Shown: piece by piece, positions 37,654-43,260 of the stretch
Layout of the letters: each line of letters begins with the position of its first letter
How positions within the stretch are numbered: the first letter of the stretch is position 1
The notes under the pieces: model-generated
What the model saw: the letters and a program-made list of their open reading frames with translations, nothing else
The model's database searches: none
What the model was told of the DNA's origin: nothing
Source of the DNA: Candidatus Micrarchaeota archaeon
GTDB taxonomy: Archaea; Micrarchaeota; Micrarchaeia; Norongarragalinales; SBBD01
Reading direction: 5' to 3'
DNA: 43,260 nucleotides
Assembly: GCA_043813365.1 (NCBI GenBank)
Contig: JBDRLB010000045.1
Span: 1-43,260, forward strand
Translations under genes and position numbers: made by a program

Positions 37654-38481
37654 ATGTTTAATCAGTCCGTTTTAATGCTCATGGAGAATATCGTCGAGGA
37701 AGAAGCATTTTTAGGGACGTATAAATATAGGACATTTGGGGAAAAAGCGTTAAATAAATACAGGCATTGGTTTCCGGTCAAATCATCAGCGGATCTTTCT
37801 GAAATTGTGGCGAGTTTGCTAACGGATGGGCATTTGGAAGGAAGAAAAGTGCAGGATCATTTCAAATACGATTATTTCGGTTATTTCTCAAAAAATACTG
37901 AGGATCTGGAGCATTTCAACGGATTGTTGAAAAGGTGTTTTGGTATCCAAGGAAAAATTAGGAGTTGGGGAAAGCGGTTAAATGGTGCAAGTACCGGGGT
38001 CATCGTCTGCAATTATGCACTCTCAAGAATTCTTTTTCTTTGTGGAGCTGAAAGGGGCGATAAAATAACAAAGGAATATCGCCTTCCGGCATGGATTTCG
38101 AATGGATCACTTGATACAAGGGCAGCTTTCCTGAGGAGGGCATTTTCATGCGAAGGGACAATAACCCGCGATAATAGAGGCTATTGGGCATTGAAGTATA
38201 CCATGGGAAAAACTGAAGCTATTTCGCAAAACGGGATTACCTTTCTTACAGACATGAAAAAAATGTTATATGAGTTCGGAATAGAGTCAAACAACATATT
38301 CCTAAACCAGAAGATATTGAGGAAGAAGGATAATACAACAACATATATGTACTGCTTAAAGATATTGAGGAAATCAATTCCGGTTTTTGCGGATAAAATC
38401 GGCTTCGACATAGGATATAAAAATGATAGGCTTCAAAAAGCTAGAGCATGGGCCTCTACATCTAGGGTCTCCCCTAACTAA
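37654..38481 (+). CDS. free-standing LAGLIDADG endonuclease-like protein (two motifs)
   Basis: Motif 1 LSEIVASLLTDGH, motif 2 AAFLRRAFSCEGT, and an F..KIGF...KN.RL C-terminus. Visibly AT-richer than its neighbours. No intein splice-junction residues seen. Confidence 0.8.
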   Translation: MFNQSVLMLMENIVEEEAFLGTYKYRTFGEKALNKYRHWFPVKSSADLSEIVASLLTDGHLEGRKVQDHFKYDYFGYFSKNTEDLEHFNGLLKRCFGIQGKIRSWGKRLNGASTGVIVCNYALSRILFLCGAERGDKITKEYRLPAWISNGSLDTRAAFLRRAFSCEGTITRDNRGYWALKYTMGKTEAISQNGITFLTDMKKMLYEFGIESNNIFLNQKILRKKDNTTTYMYCLKILRKSIPVFADKIGFDIGYKNDRLQKARAWASTSRVSPN

Positions 38482-38605
38482 TCAGTTAAGGGGGCTAGCT
38501 CTTGTAGCTTAGTCTGGTTGGAGCGTTCGACTGATATTTTCCCGGCTCATTTGGGTCGGCAAGTCGGACATCGAAAGGTCCCCGGTTCAAATCCGGGCAG
38601 GCCCA
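38465..38605 (+). tRNA. tRNA-Ile(GAU) with two BHB introns: 38468..38500 (position 3/4) and 38537..38569 (37/38)
   Basis: The spliced sequence GGG|CTTG TA GCTT AGTCTGGTTG GAGC G TTCGA CTGATA|A TCGAA AGGTC CCCGG TTCAAAT CCGGG CAGGCCC A folds into a full cloverleaf. The 37/38 BHB is CTGA/TCGG with 3-nt bulges. The tRNA and the 37/38 intron are secure; the 3/4 intron is less so. CCA is not encoded. Confidence 0.88.
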
Positions 38606-38611
38606 TTTTTT
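38606..38611 (+). terminator. oligo-T terminator after tRNA-Ile
   Basis: T6 immediately after the discriminator base. Confidence 0.55.
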
Positions 38612-38772
38612 GGATGTCTTAGGGGTGTTCCCAGAAACCCAAAGTTTCTGGACACGCCTAGATCTAAAGATCTAGTGCGAACCCAGGTTCCCCTGCTACC
38701 ACCCTATTTACCGGCAACTTTCCCCTCAAAACCAATATATACCAGTTTGGGCAAATAATTTGGGGGGATCGC

Positions 38773-39015
38773 ATGGATAGGAAACTCATACTTGCGGGGA
38801 TTGTTTTGGTAAGCATGTTCTTCGCCGTGAGCTTTGACCCGCTCGGCCTTAGCAAGAAATTTTCAGCTGAAAATGCGATCGAGGCTGGCACAACCAGCTC
38901 AACGGGTTTGGTGACTGCAGGGAACATCTACCAGACGGTTCTTCCGGGAGCTTTCTTCCTTGCGCTGATAACTTTATTCTACTATTTTGCAAGGGAGCAG
39001 GCTGGGGAGCAGTAA
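38773..39015 (+). CDS. small membrane protein (2 TM)
   Basis: 80 aa with N- and C-terminal hydrophobic helices and a GGGGG SD-like sequence upstream. Confidence 0.7.
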   Translation: MDRKLILAGIVLVSMFFAVSFDPLGLSKKFSAENAIEAGTTSSTGLVTAGNIYQTVLPGAFFLALITLFYYFAREQAGEQ

Positions 39016-39044
39016 AAATAAAGGAAAAAAGCTATTTGCCTAGT

Positions 39045-41477
39045 TTACTCCTTCCCGAATGAGAGCTTGTCGTCCACCGCGTTCGCTTTCTCCAGCTGCA
39101 CCTTTGCCTCAGCTGACGCGATGCTCCGTCTTGTGATATCGATCACATCGGGATTGCAGGAGATGCTATCTATCCCATAACGCACAAGCGCTTCCGCAAA
39201 TTCGGGGTAAACTGACGGAGCTTGGCCGCAAATCCCAACCTTGACGCCATATTTGTGGCACACCTGGATGACGTGCTTGATGGAGTTCATCACTGCAGGG
39301 TCGCGCTCGTCGAAATCCTCCGCAACTACGGGAGAATCGCGGTCAACACCGAGTGTAAGTTGGGTAAGGTCGTTGGAGCCTATCGAGAAGAAATCAACTC
39401 CTGCTTTGCAGAACTCCTCAGCTGAAATGACGTTTGAGGGGATTTCGCACATGATTCCTAATTTGAAATCAAAGTTGCGCTCCAGCCCTGCATCCTCGAT
39501 GAGCTTCTTGCACTTCTTATAGTCCTCCACCCTCCGGACGAATGGGAGCATCACCCAGAGGTTCTTCATCCCGTACTGCTCGCGGACTTTCTTTATTGCC
39601 GCGAGTTCCATTGCAAAAATCTCCGGTTCCTTGATGTACCTGAAGCAGCCGCGGTAGCCGATCATGGGATTCTCTTCCTGCGGCTCATACTTGTCGCCGC
39701 CCTCCAAATTGCGGTATTCGTTGGTTTTGAAATCAGTTGCCCTGTAAATCACTGGCCGCGGGTGGAACGCTGCGCAGAATTTCCTCAAGCCTTTTGCAAG
39801 CGCCTCGATGTACTCCTCCTGCCTTCCTGTTTCAAGCATCATTTTGGGGTGCTTCCCAAATCCGGCTATCATGAACTCAGCTCGGAGAAGCCCGACACCA
39901 TCCACGTAATTTTCTGCGATTTCATCCGCCTTTTCTGGTTCCGCCAAATTGACGTAGAGTTTGGTACCGGTTATTGTGAATGTTTGGAAGTGAGCGGAAG
40001 GAACGCCGACTCCGCCCTCGGTTGCGGCTTTCTTCTCCTCCAGCTTCACGCGGCCGTCGTAAACGATGCCCCTTTTCGCATCAACGGTGATGATTTGCCC
40101 CTCTTTCAGTTTTTTGGTCGCTTCGCGGGTGCCTACAACGCAGGGGATGCCGAGCTCCCTTGAAACTATGGCAGCATGGCAGGTTGCACCGCCCTCATCT
40201 GTGACAATTGCAGCAGCCTTCTTCATAGCCGGAACGAAATCCGGAGTAGTCATTTTCGTAACAAGAATATCGCCCTCATAAACCCTGTTGATTTCCTTGA
40301 TGTCGGCGATGATTTTCACCGGGCCCCATGCGATTCCGGGTGAGGCTTTTGAGCCAATGAGCAATTGAACTGCCTTATCAGCTGAAATCTCCTGCACCTC
40401 GAAAGGATCGTCTGTCACTTGCTTTTTCGGGCCGGTCATTTCGCTCATGGTTGTCACCTCTTTTTTCGTTTCAGTCGGGGTCCCGTCGGGCTTCGCCTGC
40501 TTTTTCTTTAGCGTAGTTATTGCCCTGCTCTGGACCACATAAATTTTCTTTCCCTCTATTGCCCATTCCATGTCCTGCGGGAATCCGTAGTGCTGCTCTA
40601 TCATGATGCCGTATTTTGCGAGGGTGATGATCTCTTCTTCTGAGAGCTTCTGCACCTCCTGCAACTCCTCTTCAACCTTGAGGGTTTCGTTCTGGCCCTG
40701 CACTTTTGTTATGAGGATTTCCTGCTTGCTTATCACTTTCTCAACAATTTTCACGCTGCGCTTGTCAACAACATAGTGGTCGGGTGTGATTGAACCGGAA
40801 ACAACCGCTTCCCCCAAACCAAATCCCGCTTCAATTACAAGCATGGAGGGATCCATTGAGATGGGGTCGACTGAGAACATTATCCCGGATTTATCGCTTT
40901 GCACCATCCTTTGCACAACTACCGCGATCCCAACTTTCAAATTGTCGAAATGCTGCTCTCCCCTGTAATAAATCGCCCTTGTCTCGAATAGGGAGGCCCA
41001 GCAGTTCTTCACCGCATTCACAACGTCATCCTGCCCCTTGATGTTGAGGAAGGTTGCCTGCTGGCCTGCAAAACTAGCTTCCGGGAGATCCTCTGCGGTA
41101 GCGGATGAGCGAACAGCCACCCATAATTCCTGCTGCTGCGTAGGCATCTCGGCGCCGCAGAGCTGGTTATAGGCACGAATAACATCTGCGCGGATGTCGC
41201 CGGGCATTTTTGCGTTGGAAATGACTTCCTTCAGGTATTTTGAAATGTCCTGCAGTTTGGAGGTGTCCTCCGTATCCATGTTTTCGGTTTGCTTTGCGAT
41301 TATGCCGTCTATTCCAGTTGCCTTGATGAATGCGAAATAGCTCTCAGCTGAAAGTATGAAACCTTCGGGGATGGGGAAGCCGTGGTTGAACATTTCCCCC
41401 AAATTCGCGCCCTTTCCCCCTGCGACATTAAGGGAATTGCGGGAAAGCTCATTGAACCAATAGATGTTCTTGACCAT
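39045..41477 (-). CDS. ppsA: phosphoenolpyruvate synthase (pyruvate, water dikinase), full length
   Basis: ATP-grasp (GGKGANLGEM, VAVRSSATAED), His domain (GGATCHAAIVSRELG) and TIM barrel (GVGLLRAEF, EENPMIGYRG, FSIGSNDLTQ, GICGQAPS). Start moved to ATG 41477. Confidence 0.97.
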   Translation of the reverse strand: MVKNIYWFNELSRNSLNVAGGKGANLGEMFNHGFPIPEGFILSAESYFAFIKATGIDGIIAKQTENMDTEDTSKLQDISKYLKEVISNAKMPGDIRADVIRAYNQLCGAEMPTQQQELWVAVRSSATAEDLPEASFAGQQATFLNIKGQDDVVNAVKNCWASLFETRAIYYRGEQHFDNLKVGIAVVVQRMVQSDKSGIMFSVDPISMDPSMLVIEAGFGLGEAVVSGSITPDHYVVDKRSVKIVEKVISKQEILITKVQGQNETLKVEEELQEVQKLSEEEIITLAKYGIMIEQHYGFPQDMEWAIEGKKIYVVQSRAITTLKKKQAKPDGTPTETKKEVTTMSEMTGPKKQVTDDPFEVQEISADKAVQLLIGSKASPGIAWGPVKIIADIKEINRVYEGDILVTKMTTPDFVPAMKKAAAIVTDEGGATCHAAIVSRELGIPCVVGTREATKKLKEGQIITVDAKRGIVYDGRVKLEEKKAATEGGVGVPSAHFQTFTITGTKLYVNLAEPEKADEIAENYVDGVGLLRAEFMIAGFGKHPKMMLETGRQEEYIEALAKGLRKFCAAFHPRPVIYRATDFKTNEYRNLEGGDKYEPQEENPMIGYRGCFRYIKEPEIFAMELAAIKKVREQYGMKNLWVMLPFVRRVEDYKKCKKLIEDAGLERNFDFKLGIMCEIPSNVISAEEFCKAGVDFFSIGSNDLTQLTLGVDRDSPVVAEDFDERDPAVMNSIKHVIQVCHKYGVKVGICGQAPSVYPEFAEALVRYGIDSISCNPDVIDITRRSIASAEAKVQLEKANAVDDKLSFGKE

Positions 41478-41671
41478 GGAATGCCACCCCAAAGCTGACG
41501 AATAACTGTTAGAAATCAGGGATCCTTTTTAAATGGTTCGAAAATGCGAGGGGAAAACGGAATGCATGCTACTCGATGGAAGGGGTAATCATGGGTAAAA
41601 TCAACTGCCGGTTTAGCGGAAAATCCACCGAAGTTTAATTAAGGGATAAAATGCAATAAACATGAAAAAAC

Positions 41672-42070
41672 ATGTTGAAATATCCCGATAAGGAGAAAAT
41701 CAAAAAATTGAACAAGAGGGCGGTTCTCGAATCTGGGGATCCTTTTGCTATCCTTAGCGAAGGCAACCTGGATTATGCGGTTAACGCCATTAGCTATAAA
41801 TTCGGCAATAAACCGGATGAGGAAGCCATCGTCCTGAAGGTTGCAGTTATCCTGGATCTAATAGCCGCCAAAGGGCACATTTTCGCAGAAGGCAATAAAC
41901 GGACAGCATACACGTCAGGCTTGGCCCTTCTTGAAGAAAACGGGTACTGTTTAACTGATATACCGGAAAAAGAGGCCGTCGAATTCATGCTGAATGTCGC
42001 AATGGGAAAATTGAAATTCGATATGATCGTGGAATGGCTAAAGCCAAGAATAATAAAGAAGGGGGATTAA
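41672..42070 (+). CDS. Fic/Doc family (death-on-curing type) toxin
   Basis: GHIFAEGNKRTA matches the Doc-type HxFx(D/E)GNKR motif. Also L..NGY. Confidence 0.88.
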   Translation: MLKYPDKEKIKKLNKRAVLESGDPFAILSEGNLDYAVNAISYKFGNKPDEEAIVLKVAVILDLIAAKGHIFAEGNKRTAYTSGLALLEENGYCLTDIPEKEAVEFMLNVAMGKLKFDMIVEWLKPRIIKKGD

Positions 42071-42080
42071 TATGTATAAT

Positions 42081-42191
42081 ATGGAACAGAAAGGGGACGG
42101 GCACAAGAAGAAGGAGGAGGATTTTGACAAGTTAGTTGACCGGATATTCAAGGAGCACAAGAAGGTGCTGGACGAGCTTGCAAAGCACTAA
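42081..42191 (+). CDS. putative small Doc antitoxin
   Basis: Not in the ORF track. Translation MEQKGDGHKKKEEDFDKLVDRIFKEHKKVLDELAKH*, 10 nt after the doc stop. Amphipathic helix ending L.ELAK. Alternative ATG at 42072. Confidence 0.6.
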   Translation: MEQKGDGHKKKEEDFDKLVDRIFKEHKKVLDELAKH

Positions 42192-42206
42192 ACAGGCCGA
42201 TTGCTT

Positions 42207-42739
42207 ATGGAAATCAAGGAAATGAGGAGGGGCAATTTCAGGGTAGAGATGACGCATGAGGAGGCGCATCCGATGTTCAGGGAATTGATGGAAAAAGCGC
42301 ACTCGCTGAGAAAGAAAGCTTTGTGGAAAGAGGTGCCGATGTCTCTTATTGCGAGTGGGGCCGTTTATTCAGTCACAAAAGGAAAAATGGTTGGGCTTTA
42401 GGGCTTGGAGCGGCTGCATTAGGCCTGAGGGAGTGGGCGAGTTGGAACAGGTACGATATTGATGAAGCTTTAAGGGATGTTGGAAGCAAGGTGCAAATTG
42501 ACACAATCCATGATCCTTCCAGCATAGATTCTTCCGGCAAGAGGACGGAAATAATTCAGAGGATGAAAGAATACCTTCGGCCAAACCTACGAACGGTGCC
42601 GGGCGATGGGAAAAAGGAAATATTCTTCCGGGTAACCAAAAAGAAGGTTGTTTTCAGCACAAAGCCGTTCCTGCTCCGAGGTCTTCGCCATCACGGGTCA
42701 ATTGAAAATCTGCCTGCTCAAAGATTGCCAATGGCCTAG
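42207..42739 (+). pseudogene. probable single hypothetical membrane-protein gene split by a -1 frameshift
   Basis: ORFs 42201..42401 and 42323..42739 join at GGAAAAATGG (~42381-42390) into a plausible TM hairpin, SLIASGAVYSVTKGK/NGWALGLGAAALGL. Confidence 0.4.
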
Positions 42740-42957
42740 CTCTCCAATCGAGAGGTTTTTAAACCTTAATTGCGGTATAAATAGGCTATTTTTCCCGTCT
42801 AACTGCATTTTCTTTCCCGAGGGTTTCTTTTGGGAAAAGAAAGGCTCGCAGGAGGGAATTGAAAGCATTGGTTTTGCTTTCTCAATTAATGGAAAAATAA
42901 GCTGTATGGGATGCAGCGGTTTGGAGCTCTCTCATTCATTCACAATTTGATGTTTTT

Positions 42958-43260
42958 ATGGAAAGGAAGCAGCTCATTGCAGCAATAGAGGAAATACTCA
43001 AGGAGAAGGGAAAGCGCAAGTTCGTGCAGTCCATCGACCTTGCAGTTAATCTCAGGGATGTGGATTTCAAGAAGCCCGAGAACAGGGTCAATGTGGACGT
43101 AGTGCTGCCGTACGCACCGAGGGAGAGCAAAGTGGCGGTTTTTGCGGATGGCCAGATGGCTGTTGATGCGAAGAAAATCGTTGATTTGGTCATTTCCGGG
43201 GAAGAGATCAGCACTTATGCAACTGACAAGAAGAAGCAGAAGGAGCTTTTGAAGTACACA
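42958..43260 (+). CDS. rpl1: 50S ribosomal protein uL1 (partial, runs off window end)
   Basis: Not in the ORF track. Translation MERKQLIAAIEEILKEKGKRKFVQSIDLAVNLRDVDFKKPENRVNVDVVLPY, showing the RKF.QS.DL..NL...D..KPENR signature of archaeal uL1. Confidence 0.93.
   Translation, partial: MERKQLIAAIEEILKEKGKRKFVQSIDLAVNLRDVDFKKPENRVNVDVVLPYAPRESKVAVFADGQMAVDAKKIVDLVISGEEISTYATDKKKQKELLKYT

Noticed and set aside
37654-38481. LAGLIDADG ORF as an intein or part of cdc6
   Set aside because: It is on the opposite strand to cdc6, has no host extein, and shows no Cys/Ser start or His-Asn end motifs.
38450-38503. Alternative tRNA 5' exon GGGCCT at 38450 with an intron at 6/7
   Set aside because: It gives a perfect acceptor stem and a GGGC/GCTC central helix, but the flanking helices are only ~2 bp or absent. 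The 3/4 model has both flanking helices. Disfavoured, not excluded.
42399-42422. Amber (pyrrolysine) read-through of the TAG ending ORF 42201..42401
   Set aside because: A second in-frame TAG follows seven codons later. A frameshift explains the overlap better.
42840-42957. uL1 autoregulatory RNA site upstream of rpl1
   Set aside because: GGAG...GAAA-like words are present, but I could not build a convincing helix around them.
1591-43214. Numerous antisense and nested ORFs in the track (e.g. 2676..3296, 5133..5894, 7479..8054, 22490..23059, 27445..28131, 42936..43214)
   Set aside because: They are shadows of well-supported genes on the opposite strand or frame, with no recognisable motifs.
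1-43260. CRISPR array, rRNA, transposase or integrase
   Set aside because: No regularly spaced direct repeats, rRNA-like segments or recombinase motifs were seen by eye.

Overview
Archaeal chromosomal window. It carries archaeal ribosomal proteins, RpoP, a class I LysRS, Cdc6/Orc1 and a BHB-intron tRNA; a DPANN/Micrarchaeota-like host is my inference, not established. From left to right: three paralogous small membrane proteins, rpoP, and the uL3-uL4-uL23-uL2-uS19-uL22-uS3-uL29-aIF1 cluster, which stops after aIF1. Next is a ~14 kb minus-strand locus, the most unusual part of the window. It holds seven tandem ~500-aa paralogs, each with a divergent N-terminal region and a C-terminal PEP-utilizer swivelling phospho-His domain but no ATP-binding domain. 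It also holds one stand-alone PEP-synthase-type ATP-grasp gene, two HAD phosphatases and an HTH_10 regulator. Together these look like a split, modular dikinase system with one phosphoryl donor and seven acceptor modules. Further right come a truncated Rqc2/NFACT gene, a divergent PadR-ABC export cluster, DUF59, LysRS, an NDP-sugar nucleotidyltransferase, MetRS, membrane proteins and cdc6. A free-standing LAGLIDADG ORF overlaps a tRNA-Ile(GAU) that appears to carry two introns (acceptor-stem 3/4 and canonical 37/38). The window ends with an intact PEP synthase, a Doc toxin with a small unannotated antitoxin candidate, and the start of uL1. All calls come from reading motifs by eye; no searches were run.
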